A stretch of 63,910 bases of DNA, the filler included, from Octopus bimaculoides (Eukaryota), in NCBI RefSeq assembly GCF_001194135.2. It is 6 parts of 5 records of this genome, joined end to end, with 100 filler letters (N's around TTAATTAATTAA, not from the genome) between each part and the next. Parts side by side here need not be neighbours in the genome. Positions count along the whole stretch, not along the records: positions 1 to 20,247 come from NC_069003.1; positions 20,348 to 33,462 come from NC_068982.1; 4 more parts are not named here. One strand, given 5' to 3'. Below, piece by piece: positions 11,290 through 22,518 of this stretch. Under the pieces are notes generated by a model. The model was not told the origin of the DNA. It saw nothing but the letters and a program-made list of their open reading frames with translations, and did not search any database. Position 1 is the first letter of the stretch; each line of letters starts with the position of its first letter. A program made the position numbers and the translations under genes.

Positions 11290-11900
11290 TGTCATCACCA
11301 TCATCATCCTTTAGTGTCTGTTTTCCATAATGGCATGGGTTGGAAGGTTTGACCAGAGCTGGCAAGTTGCACCAGGTTCCAGCCTAATTTAGCTTGGTTT
11401 CTCCAGATGGATGTCCATCTTAACACCAACCACTTCATAGTGTGTACTGGATGCTTTTAACATGCCACTGGCATGAGTGTTTTTACATGACACTGGCACA
11501 AGTGCCTTTTACATGTAACTGGCACAAGTGCCTGTCATGTGGCACCAATATGAGTGCTTTTTACATAGCACCAGCACAGGACTCTTGAAGACCGATCCTC
11601 TTCACTAGGGGATGCAGCCTTAACACTTCAGCTGTGGAGGACAAGTCTTCCTGAGTACAGGTCTTTGGACATAGTTAATAGCTTCCTTCATACAACAGAG
11701 ACTGTTACAGACCTACATCATTATCATCATTTTACATCTGCGTTTGATGCTGGTATGGGTTGGATGGTTTGACAGGATCTAGTAGGTCAGAGGATCCTGC
11801 TCCAATATTTCAATTTTGGCATGGTTTCAACCACTTTAACCAGTAAATACTGGGTGCTTTTTGTCATGGAACCAGTACTAGTGAGATCACCATGTAGCTC
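11290..11900 (-). mobile_element. two SINE family C copies
   Basis: Reverse complement of the 7780-8430 motifs. Confidence 0.7.
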
Positions 11901-12312
11901 ACAAGACTAAGAGACTTCTCAACTAAGAGGGAGTAAAGAGGATGAGAGTGGCTTTATGTGAGATTCTAGGATGATCTAGCAGGAGACAGGGGACATGTTC
12001 GTACCAGTGCATGCAAAGAATAGCTATATGAGACCAAAATTTACAGCCAAAAATAGTAAGTTGAATTATACACCAAGTCAACTTCGGAGGACCAAAAAAT
12101 TTCATGTGAAATGCAGCAGGATTTGGAAACATAGTAACAAGTTTATACACGATATGCAACATTGATTTGTATACTAGACAAGTATTCAGAGAGAGACAGG
12201 GACAAGTTTGCTGTTGTAAAGATGACACATGGTTATAGTTACACAACATTATATGAGGATGGGTAGGAATAAAAATAAGATTAATATTAACTGATAAATA
12301 GAAAATACTCAC

Positions 12313-12393
12313 TCCTCAAATAATGCATAGGACTGTACGCGTTCCTCCTGAAGATGGTAGAATTTCTTCAACAAGTCTTTTGCAGAGGCACAT
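12313..12393 (-). CDS. REX1BD: REX1BD coding exon 2 (CASAKDLLKKFYHLQEERVQSYALFE)
   Basis: ttctttctag acceptor, GA|gtgagt donor, 81 nt; peptide resembles human C19orf60/REX1BD segment [21 protein letters not shown] (recalled). Confidence 0.9.
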
Positions 12394-13084
12394 CTAGAAA
12401 GAAGCAATGGAAAGGAATTTGTTGGATTAAATTCAAAGTAACTTTCTAAATCAGGAGGTAGGGAGGAGGAGGCTGGCTCTTTGTTCTTTTTTTTTTTTTC
12501 TTCTTTTTAATAGTTCAGTTAGATATAGTACTTATGTCCTCTTTTAGGATCCCAAAGGACATTGAGAGGAAGAACAGAAATTACCTCAGCTTGGAACCAC
12601 ATGAACTCCTCTAAACAAGCACAATGGCATGGCAGTGGTGGTGGTGGTTGTTACGTCAAGCAATGGAGTAACCCTACCTATCATCAAAAACAGGAATGGT
12701 TCCTACAACAGTTGCTTTTTAAATATGGAATTATTCATCCAATAACTGATGACAACCATGAAGAGTGGAGCCTGTTTTATCAGCCAGATAAACTGAGGCA
12801 AGTATTTCATTACTTGGAGACACACACAACAATACAGTGTCTATAACGAAGTTTAACCCTGAGGCATTCAGATTATTCTGTTAAATGTAGTCCTTTACTT
12901 AATCCTTTTACTGTAGAAATCTGATACATCCTCTCAAAATTTCCTTACCCTTAACTGCAGAAAGTAGTTTTACATGCCAATCTATCTTTTGTTGAGAAAT
13001 GTCATGCTTGAAAAAATTTTTTTTTTTTTTTTGAGATTTGTCAAGTTTACTGAGGCAACATGAATTGCAGAAAATACCAATTCT

Positions 13085-13450
13085 ATTTTTTGATAGATAT
13101 TTATTCCATGCTGACATGGGTTGGCTGGTTTGACTGGAGCTGGTAAGCTGCACCAGGTTCCAGTCTGATTTGGCCTGTCTACTATGGCTGGATGCACTTC
13201 CTCCACTTTATAGTGTCTGTGCGGGGCGTTTTTAACATGCCACTGGCACATATGCTTCTTATGTGGCACTGGCATCAACACTTTTCACATGGCACTGGTA
13301 CAGGACTCTTGCAGGCCAGTCCTCTTCTTCAGTGGGAGCAGCCTTAACACTTCTGCTGTGGAGGATGGGTCTTCCTGAGTACAGCAAGGTGCCAGATAAC
13401 TCGGTCCTTTGTCATCTCATCTGAAAGGTTCAGCATTCTGAGGTCATCCT
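13085..13450 (-). mobile_element. SINE family C copy with extension
   Basis: Parallels 11320-11660. Confidence 0.65.
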
Positions 13451-13764
13451 TCAGAAACTTAACTTCTCAGTGAAAAGGTTAACCACATTGTTTTGAATTA
13501 GTCAGGTGTTGACTATTGGCTTTGAGATTTCAATGATATTTTTATTTTCAGAAAGACTTTATAGGATAGATGTAAGACACTGGACCTGGCTGGTATGAAC
13601 ATAAAACAGGTAAACTATATTTGGACAGATGTGGCCAGTTTAAAAGCAAATGGCTTAAACTCACATCCACAAGGATATGACTATCACCAGCATCATCATT
13701 CTATGTCCAAATCTCTAGAGTTTCTGCAAATACACTGCCCTAAAATAGTCCATTCTACTATAGG

Positions 13765-14345
13765 CACAAGGCCAGAAATTTCGAAGGAGGGGACTAGTCA
13801 ATTATATCAACCCCAGTGTGTAACTGGTACTTACCTCATCAACCCTGAAAGGATGAAAAGCAAAGTTGAACTCAGAACATAAGGATGGATGAAATGCTGC
13901 TAAGCATTTTACCCTAAAATAATAATAATGGTTTTAAATTTTGAGTGAAGGCCAGTAGTTTTTTAGAAGAGGAGGAGGTATGTTGATTAAATTAACCCCA
14001 GTGTCCAAACGATGCTTATTTTATCGACTCAGCAGAATTTAAACTCAGAATGTGAAAACTTAGATGCAATGCTGTTAAGCATTTTCTCTGATGCATTAAC
14101 AATTCTGCCAGCTCATTGCCTTAATAATAATTTGTTTCTATTTTAGGTAAAAGACCAGAAATTTTGACGGGTGTGGGAGGAGGAAGTTGATTTCATCAAC
14201 CCCAGCATTTGACTGGTACTTTATTTTATCCACTCTAAAGGGATGAAAAGCAAAGTTGACCAAAGGAACTTGAACTCAGAATGTAAAGAGCCAGAACTAC
14301 TGATTGATATTTTATCCGATGCTGTAACAATCCTGTCCAATCCAC
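13765..14345 (-). mobile_element. three tandem SINE family B copies
   Basis: Reverse-complement family B cores (ctggtacttatttt, ttgaactcagaa). Confidence 0.75.
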
Positions 14346-14397
14346 CATCTAATAAATAATAGTAAAAATAAGAAGACAAAAATAAAAAAAATTCTCA

Positions 14398-14762
14398 ATG
14401 AGGTGCAGGTGTGGCTGTGTGGTAAGAAGTTTGCTTCCCAACCACATGGTTCTGGGTTCAGTTCCACTGTGTGGTACCTTGGGCAAGTGTCTTCTACTAT
14501 AGCCTCGGGTCATCCAAAACCTTGTGAGTGAATTTGGTAGATGGAAACTGAAAGAAGCCTGTCGTATATGTATGTCTGTCTGTCCTCCCACCACCCTCTT
14601 GACAACCGGTGTGTTTACCTTCCCTGTAACTTCACAGAGACCAATAGAATAAGTACCAGGCTTAAAAAATAAGTAATGTGGTCGATTCATTCAACAAAAA
14701 ATTCTCCAAAGTGATGCCCCAGCATGGCCGCAGTCTAATGACTAAAACAAGTAAAAGATGAA
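14398..14762 (+). mobile_element. full-length SINE family A (tRNA-derived head)
   Basis: A-box tggctgtgtggt, B-box ggttcagttcc, ccttgggcaag body, aaacaagtaaaaga tail. Confidence 0.85.
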
Positions 14763-15740
14763 AGAAAAAGAAGATGGCTGATTGTATAATTTATTAGTCT
14801 TGATTAAACGCGAGTGGAGAGTTCTGGGAACGTAAATTAGAGTGTATGGTCTATGTCTAAAGTACAGGGCCGAGTCAGCAACATTAAAGGCCCCTAAGTA
14901 AATCAATGCACTGGACCCTATAGTATTTATTTATTCATGGTAAACCATAACATACATAGATCAAAACTGGACCCTAGACCCATGAAGCTCCCAGGCAGAT
15001 CAATACACTAGGCTCTATAATATTTATTTATTGACAGCAAGTCACAACATAGGTATAGGATTGGTCCCCTAAACCCCTTAGGATCCCAGGTAACTGCCCA
15101 GTGAGCCTATGCATTGAGTCAACACTGTCTAAGTAGGAACGTCTTTAGATGGACACAGCTCTAAATTTATTTTATTTTGGTTAGCCCTGATTGACAATGT
15201 CTATGACCACATTATCCTGTGCTGTGTGTATCTTAAGACAGTCAAGGGAAAGATTCCACTGATATTTCCCAAAAATCAAATGACTGTGTTAGGACGCTGA
15301 CCATTGTCGTTGTTGCTTAGCTACAAGTCATCTTTGAAATAGATAGGTCTCCCAACCTAGTTCAAACGATCCCTTCTCTTTCTTCTGGCCCGAGTTAATC
15401 CACGACAATATTATCCAATATGTTCTGGGTAAAATTGTCGAATCTGCAAGTAAACAGTTGTGCATATATACACGTATATACATATATGTGCCTGTGTGAG
15501 TATATAGGGAAAGTTGTCGAATATGTACGTAAACACCATGTGTGTGTGTGTGTATATATATAAGAAATCGAATGTGTGTGTATGTGTGTGTGTGATGAAG
15601 TTGTATCTGTGCGTAAAGGAACTCCGGGACAAAAACAAAAGGAACCACAAACAAACATGCTGCATTTTTCCTCCAACTTACAAACAAATCATCACTTTTA
15701 CATAAACGAACCATTTGAATTACCCTTTCAAGCTAAATTT

Positions 15741-15919
15741 TATGAGGTGGGAGCTGAAAAGTTCCTGGCTTTAAAGGTGTCGCGAAAGGCCGGGGCCCAA
15801 CTTGCTTCAATAAATATGTGAATCTGAGAAGGGGGAATATGTTGAATAAAATCGTAATTAACTGATCCTTCTGTATTTTCTTTTACCCAAAATCAGGAAC
15901 TCTTGAACACACCATCGTA
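15741..15919. mobile_element. Tc1/mariner-type MITE
   Basis: Left tatgaggtgggagctgaaaagttcctggcttt and right aaaatcaggaactcttgaacacaccatcgta are degenerate TIRs with TA at both ends. Confidence 0.7.
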
Positions 15920-16573
15920 CACATTCAACAGAGCAAACAGAATTTTTTAGATATTGCAGGATTCCACATATGTGTAAATAATACTTTTATGAACCCACAA
16001 AAGAGATCATGGTTAATTACAAAGACTAATTAAACTGACTTAATTGCAGTTTTATAATATATTTTATAAACATTAAAACACTATACTTTAGAATTTTTAT
16101 AAACATTCTGACAGTCTAACATACAGGTTCTATGAGATTCTTTCCAGAGATCTTGTTTACGTATGTATTTGTAAAATCTTATCTAAGAGCTGAGAGAAAA
16201 TTTTGGATAATACAGTCCTAAATTATTGTATGATAGAGGGCTTAAAAGGAGATATGGACTGGTATTTCTAGCGTCGAGATTTCCTTGTTCCCTCGATAGG
16301 TCATTACATGTACCTACAGGCTAAACTCTAATATAGTGGCATCTAAACCCTGATTGAACACACTTATGATCATAGGCATTCCAACCGTGACAAACCCACC
16401 ATTTTTTTGTTTGTTTATCTTTTTTGCAATACAGAATATCTAGTATTAAAGTATGGTTTGAGATCTGGCTGGTATTTCTTGCAAATGAGACAACTACGTA
16501 AAGATATCGTCTGGTTGACTTGTAAAAAATAAAATCAATAAAAAGACGATAAATAATTTAAAATAAACCCAAC

Positions 16574-16587
16574 CTTTCTGGTGCCAT
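16574..16587 (-). CDS. REX1BD: REX1BD coding exon 1 (ATG GCA CCA GAA AG; M-A-P-E)
   Basis: ATG at 16587 in gtcATGG context; donor AG|GTTGGG is phase 2, matching the phase-2 acceptor of exon 2. Short, so less certain; an in-frame upstream ATG exists at 16650. Confidence 0.6.
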
Positions 16588-16807
16588 GACAAAAGTCTTC
16601 GACGATGGAAATTGGTTGGAAACGATAGTATTCACTATTTTTAGCCGCATGTTCGTATTTCTAACATTTTCACCTGTTAATTACCAAGGTGTTGGCATTA
16701 CTGTTTTATATTTTCGTATTATTATTACTTTTATTGCAAATTTAAATATACTATCACCGTGGTTAAATTTACAATACTCTGAAAGGAATAAATTCCACAT
16801 TTCTCAC

Positions 16808-16990
16808 CAGCTAAAGAAAACCAAATATCAGGCCTTGCGCACGAAACCGGCTGCCGCAAGTTTCCATCTTGAGCAGTGTGCTGTTTCCTCCAGAAAATTT
16901 GGCTGGAAACGGAACAACTAAAGAAAAGCAGGATGGTCACAGCTGGACTATCTTTGATCGTAGGTCTGCTGTATCAGGGTTGACCTGGGG
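16808..16990 (-). promoter_or_regulatory. candidate 5' UTR exon / promoter-proximal region of REX1BD
   Basis: Non-repetitive, locally CpG-richer patch; donor-like CTG|GTGAGA at 16808/16807; CAAGATGG (YY1-like) motif. No transcript evidence. Confidence 0.25.
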
Positions 16991-17154
16991 ATTTCACTCA
17001 CTTAAACCTCTCCTATCGTACATACATTCTGTGGTCCTGTTGTTCAACCAAGGTCCTGAGTCAGCAGATTATGAGCAAATGTATTCTAGCTGTGATCACC
17101 TCTCAACTAAAACAATATGTGTAACTGAATAATGAAAATATTTCGTATATATAC

Positions 17155-17475
17155 TACAACTGGCACTCCGTCTGTTACAGCGACGAGGGTTCTAGTTGAT
17201 CCGATCAACAGAACAACTTGCTCGTGAAATCAATGTGCAAGTAGCTAAGCACTCCACAGACACATGTACAATTAATAGAGTTCTCGGAGAGATTCAGCGT
17301 GGTGACAAAGCTGGCCCTTTGAAATACAGGTACTACTCATTTTTGCCAGCTGAGTGGATTAGAGCAATGTGAAGTAAAGTGACTTGTTCAAGGACACAAC
17401 GCATCGCTGAGAATTGAACTCAGGATCTTACGATTGTGAGCTGAATACCTTAACCACTGCACCAGGCACCTTCAC
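17155..17475 (-). mobile_element. SINE family D
   Basis: tRNA-like head (gtgcagtggttaagg...gagttcaattc) in reverse; body shared with 5318-5570. Confidence 0.75.
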
Positions 17476-17764
17476 CGTACACACACATATATATATAGAA
17501 CATAAAGAAAGTCAGGAGGTGTGAGAGGTGAATATATTTATTTCGCCATTTGATGTCCATAGGGTGACAGCCGTTTCGCAACCGTCATCATGTAAAAATA
17601 ATTTTTATTTCACTGTATAATAAATTATTTTTTTGTATGTCTGCACTAGTATGCATGCTAAAATTTCATAGTGCTAATGTACATTTTCAAACCAATATAG
17701 ACTTAGCAGGTTAGCTCTTCAGGTCAACAGAACATCTTGATTACATCAAATTTTCAGCTCCATT

Positions 17765-17985
17765 ACTCTTTTACTCTTTTACTTGTTTTAGTCATTTGAC
17801 TGTGGCCATGCTGGAGCACCGCCTTTAGTCGAGCAAATTGACCCCAGGACTTATTCTTTGTGAGCCTAGTACTTATTCTATCGGTCTCTTTTGCCGAACT
17901 GCTAAGTTACGGGGACATAAACACACCAGCATTGGTTGTCAAGCAATGTTAGGGGGACAAACACAGATACAAACAACAGATACAT

Positions 17986-18042
<57 letters not shown>

Positions 18043-18207
18043 TACAACGGGCTTCTTTCAGTTTCCGTCTACCAAATCCACTCACAAGGCTTTGGTCAGC
18101 CCGAGGCTATAGTAGGAGACACTTGCCCAAGGTGTCACGCAGTGGGACTGAACCCGGAACCATGTGGTTGGTAAGCAAGCTACTTACCACGCACCCACTC
18201 CTACGCC
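17765..18207 (-). mobile_element. full-length SINE family A with internal (TA)n
   Basis: High identity to 29292-29685. Confidence 0.9.
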
Positions 18208-18303
18208 ATTATATACGTACAAAAAAAATCATCTTCATAAAGTCGAATGTATGGAAGACCAATAATTGATAAAAATTTATTATAAAGAGGAGAAAATGAG
18301 ATA

Positions 18304-18334
<31 letters not shown>

Positions 18335-18918
18335 TGTTTTGCAAGATTTTTGATGTGAAATCGTGTGTTGAAACAGATGTTGTTGTACTTGGGGATGGTC
18401 ATATTGCCAGTTTAGCCAATAAAAACACACACACACTGTATATTTGGTGTTAATTTGCTTCAGCTTTATATTACATTATATTACATTAANNNNNNNNNNA
18501 AAACACACACACACTGTATATTTGGTGTTAATTTGCTTCAGCTTTATATTACATTATATTACATTAATCCTATTTCGGCCAGAGTTCTTTCGTCACACTT
18601 CTGTGACCTCATCAGTGGTCCTTTGCTTTCTTCTTTCTTATGTGTGTCCCACCTTGCTAACTATCAGCCATTTTGTATATCTATGACCATCCCCAAGTAC
18701 AACAACATATATATATATATATATATATTTCGAAACGCCGGTGTTTTAATGGTGGCAGCTGATGAAGATGTTTCTATGTGGCTTGCTTGTTTGTTGTACC
18801 TTGTTTATCATTTTGTCCATGTTCTTTTGCCACGTCATGTACCCAGTTATGTATCTATGTGTACATGTAGATGAAGGTATGTACATATATATGCATATNN
18901 NNNNNNNNCGTTTGTTCA

Positions 18919-18993
18919 GTGTCGCCCTCCTGATCGACAAGAGTCAACAAACTCGAAACATCGATGTCTCAGATTCCCTAGAGAGGGCGACAC
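18919..18993 (+). ncRNA. hammerhead-ribozyme-like motif, atypical
   Basis: 11-bp closing stem 18919-18929/18983-18993; CTGATCGA; GAGT/ACTC stem; GAAAC-ATCGAT-GTC. A 14-nt spacer after GTC is non-canonical. Confidence 0.35.
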
Positions 18994-19399
18994 CTTTTTA
19001 CCCTAAGAGAGAATTTTTCTCCATGGTAACTGCAGTGTATTTGCACTTATTTCAACCAACCTAAATTGTGATTATACGTAAACACTGCTTAGCGCATTTA
19101 CTCTGATATATATATATATATATTTAATAATATTAGGGAATAATATTTAACTGTAGATCAATTTGATTATTAATCGAATTATTAATCGAATTGGTTTTAG
19201 TAGTTATCTATTTGAAAATATAGCCATGAAACGTGCATAGTCATTTTATACCATTTACTAGTTATTCTTTTATGTATTTTATTGATTTTTTGAATACAGT
19301 TTTTATGATATATTTATTTTCTAGAGGGTATGAATTACATTCTTCTGTATTGACTTATTTAAGTGGTTTATCTCTAAATTATATATATATATATATATA

Positions 19400-19612
19400 T
19401 TGGATTCAAATTTTGGCCTAAGGCCAGCAATTTCGGGGGAGAGAGTAGATCGATTACATTGACCCAATACTCAAGTGGTACTTATTTAATTGACACTGAA
19501 AGTGTGAAAGACAAAGTCGACTCCGACTACATTTGAACTCAGAACGTAAAGTTAGACGAAATGTCATGAAGCATTTTGCCCAACTTGCTGATGATTCTGC
19601 CAGCTTGTCGCC
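19400..19612 (-). mobile_element. SINE family B
   Basis: Reverse-complement family B. Confidence 0.8.
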
Positions 19613-19675
19613 TCGAGATGTTTTGAAAACGAAATGATAAATAGTGGTGATAGAGGTGAAGATGACAGAGAGTAT

Positions 19676-19706
<31 letters not shown>

Positions 19707-20347
19707 GTAGATTGTCATTGATAAGACAGAAAGAGAGTAATAGTAAAGAAAGAAAAAAAGCGTGAAAGTTTTAAAGAATGAGAGAGAGAGGGGGGCGGGC
19801 TGTGGAAATGGTGATGTATAGAGAAAGAGAGAAGTATAGGACGGGTGAGTTGAAGAGAGTTTGGGTAGCGAAGTAAAGGGAGAGACTGGCAATAAGAACG
19901 TATAAGGCAGGGATGACAGCTGTCTGGAGACGTCAAACATATCACAAAAATATTGTTCCATGACAGATCTTTCTTAGAACTGATGCCAGCAGAATTCTAC
20001 TTAAACCACCCCATGTAACCCTTCATAACTTTTCTATTTTTCTGGAATTTTCAGAAATTTTTGCAAATTTGGATTCATAAGATTATGCAAAAATTCATAA
20101 GATTATGCAAAAACAAAAAAACAATTTTGTGTGATTTAAAGGTTATTTAGCTGTTATTTTTAGCACGTCTCACGACCACCTGATACCCTCCCAGTTCGTT
20201 TGTCACTGACATATTGATGTTTTTCAACATCTTTCTCCCCATAAATGNNNNNNNNNNNNNNNNNNNNNNNNNNNNNNNNNNNNNNNNNNNNTTAATTAAT
20301 TAANNNNNNNNNNNNNNNNNNNNNNNNNNNNNNNNNNNNNNNNNNNN

Positions 20348-20411
<64 letters not shown>

Positions 20412-20711
20412 CTAGTACGAACATGCTGTCTTTAAGATAGTATATTTTAGATTGATTTCACACCATTGTATCACATATTCGTAGAGTGTATATAAGTATA
20501 CATATGACATGCAACACGTAGGAAGCTCGAGCGTCAACTGTGGAAAACGTAATATAGAGCTATAAGATGAAATACAATTATGTTAAAAGAACGTGCATTT
20601 ATGAAGCAATGAAAAATTACTCCCTAAATAAAAAGCAGCCACCTGTAAGAGGAAATATTGCAAAGCAGTTGTTAAGAAGACGTGCATTTAATATTTAAAA
20701 AACCAATGAAA

Positions 20712-20925
20712 AGCAGCGATCTGGCAGAATCGTTAGCACGCCGGGAAAAATGCTTAGCGGCATTTCGTCCGACTTTAATCCTGAATTCAAATTCTACCGA
20801 GGTCAACTTTGCCTTTTATCCTTGCGGAGTCGATAAAATAAGTACCAGTTGTAAACTGGAGTCGATGTAATCGACTTACTCATTTCCCCGAAATTTCTGG
20901 CCTTGTGCTAAAATTTGAAACCAAT
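20712..20925 (+). mobile_element. SINE family B, well preserved
   Basis: Full head, core and tail. Confidence 0.85.
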
Positions 20926-21279
20926 ATTAAAAAAAAAGATGAATAAATGAAGAATATTAACTGAAAAAGACAATGAAACACAAGAGCGAATCCCACCACC
21001 GAAAAGGTTTCAACACTGAACGTTTCCAGCGACTGAAATAGGTTTAAACCAAAATATTATTAGTATTAAAGAAGCAGGGAGAAAACAGGAACTATTAATG
21101 GTAATAAATCTGTAAGAAAATAACAATGAAAACTTTTGAATGGCTTACACCAATAGCGAGTGAAGTTGAAGAGATATTTGAACATGCAATGTTTGCCAAG
21201 TAGAGACTCAAATGAGAAGTTACTTGTGTTCGCACATGCGCATAAACTAGTCCGGTCATTTACACATAATTTCTTTCTT

Positions 21280-22200
21280 TATTGCTCACAAGGGGCTGAC
21301 AAAGAGGGGACAAACAAACACATGTGGGGACATAGAACAAATTAGAAAAAATAATAAAAACGTATGATATAAATGAATGATAATGAAAATGATAAATGAA
21401 AATGAGCTACTTGCCCCACCTCCAAGCAGCATCACTTACTTCCTTTTTATCCTTTGAATCCTGAGTTTCTCAAAATGTCTATACCATATCCTTTAACCAG
21501 TTCTTCGTACTGTATGTTGTCTGGTACTCCCTTTATGTCACCGTTTACCTTCCAACACTTATATCAAACCTTGTATTTATCTATCTCCTTTTTCCCCGTC
21601 TCTCTGACACCAAAATACATGCGTGCTATCCCTCAATGTTTGTTCTTTCTTCCACATTAACAAACCTTGTATCCTTCCATTTTGTCGTTTTGTTCACCAG
21701 TTCCATGTCCACTCCTTCGTACATCATGCATGCATAACCATATCCAGTGGGAGGGGGAGTTTGTAAGTTCTTGTGTGTCTGTGTCTCTTTTTTCCCTCTG
21801 TTTTGTGTCGGAGGGGATTGGGTGGGTATGACGTCTGCGGAGGAGGGTGGGGTTGAGAGGGTATGGATGGGATGGGTGCGGGTTGGGGTTTCCATCCACC
21901 CTGACTTTCTTTCTCTTCCTTTGTTTTTTTCCTTCTGCCACTTTCCACTCTTCTTCATTCATCTTAATTCCTCTTCCGCCTTCTCCGGTTCCTTCCCGGC
22001 TTCCTCCTGGCTCCCCTTAGTCTGTGAAGGGCAATCCGCTCTAATGAGGCCCTTATGGCCACATCTGAAGCAACGAGGGATTCTGCCCTCCACCCAGACT
22101 CTTTAACACCGCATCTCCTATGGTCACCGTTTCTGCCATTTTTTCCAAATTCTCTGTTGTGCTTTGCACGATTACATCTAATATTTAGCCCTTCCAGTTT
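21280..22200 (-). mobile_element. 5'-truncated ORF1-only retroelement copy
   Basis: Minus strand encodes IPRCFRCGHKGLIRADC (CCHC knuckle with H>L, 22031-22072) and a charged C-terminus; 3' tail ccccttgtgagcAATAAA is shared with 54005 and 55905. Confidence 0.65.
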
Positions 22201-22324
22201 GTAGCATCTCTCATCTCATTTACACTTAATTCCGACTGAGAACAGTATAAAAAGCTTACAGTATATCATTGCGCATGCGTTACTAAAAGTCAATAATGAA
22301 CGTATTTTTGTAATACTTAATTTT

Positions 22325-22518
22325 TTCTTTTACTTGTTTCAGACATTTGACTGCGGCCATGCTGGAGTACCATCTTGAAGGGTTTTAGTCGAACAAATCG
22401 AGCCGAGGACTTATTTTTAAAGCTCAGTACGTATCCTATCGACATCTTTTGCCGAACCGCTAGGTTACGGGGGCGTAAACACACCAACAGCAGATGTCAA
22501 GCGGTGATGGGGGGGGGG
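22325..22518 (-). mobile_element. SINE family A, 3' half, cut by gap
   Basis: Family A tail motifs. Confidence 0.8.

Noticed and set aside
12949-13006. 58-nt cryptic exon (ttttttcaag|C...AAGG|gtaagg) in REX1BD intron 1
   Set aside because: In-frame stop, overlaps a DNA-element remnant, and such site pairs arise by chance
18421-18566. Direct duplication of about 68 bp across a 10-N gap (similarly 63135-63195)
   Set aside because: Typical unmerged contig overlap artefact
18731-18770. GAAAC...CTGATGA in type II hammerhead order
   Set aside because: No NUH triplet and no stem I or II pairing
20291-20303. TTAATTAATTAA islands between N runs (also about 33507, 47675, 59745, 62454)
   Set aside because: Identical 12-mer with stops in all six frames, always flanked by Ns; a scaffolding linker, not biology
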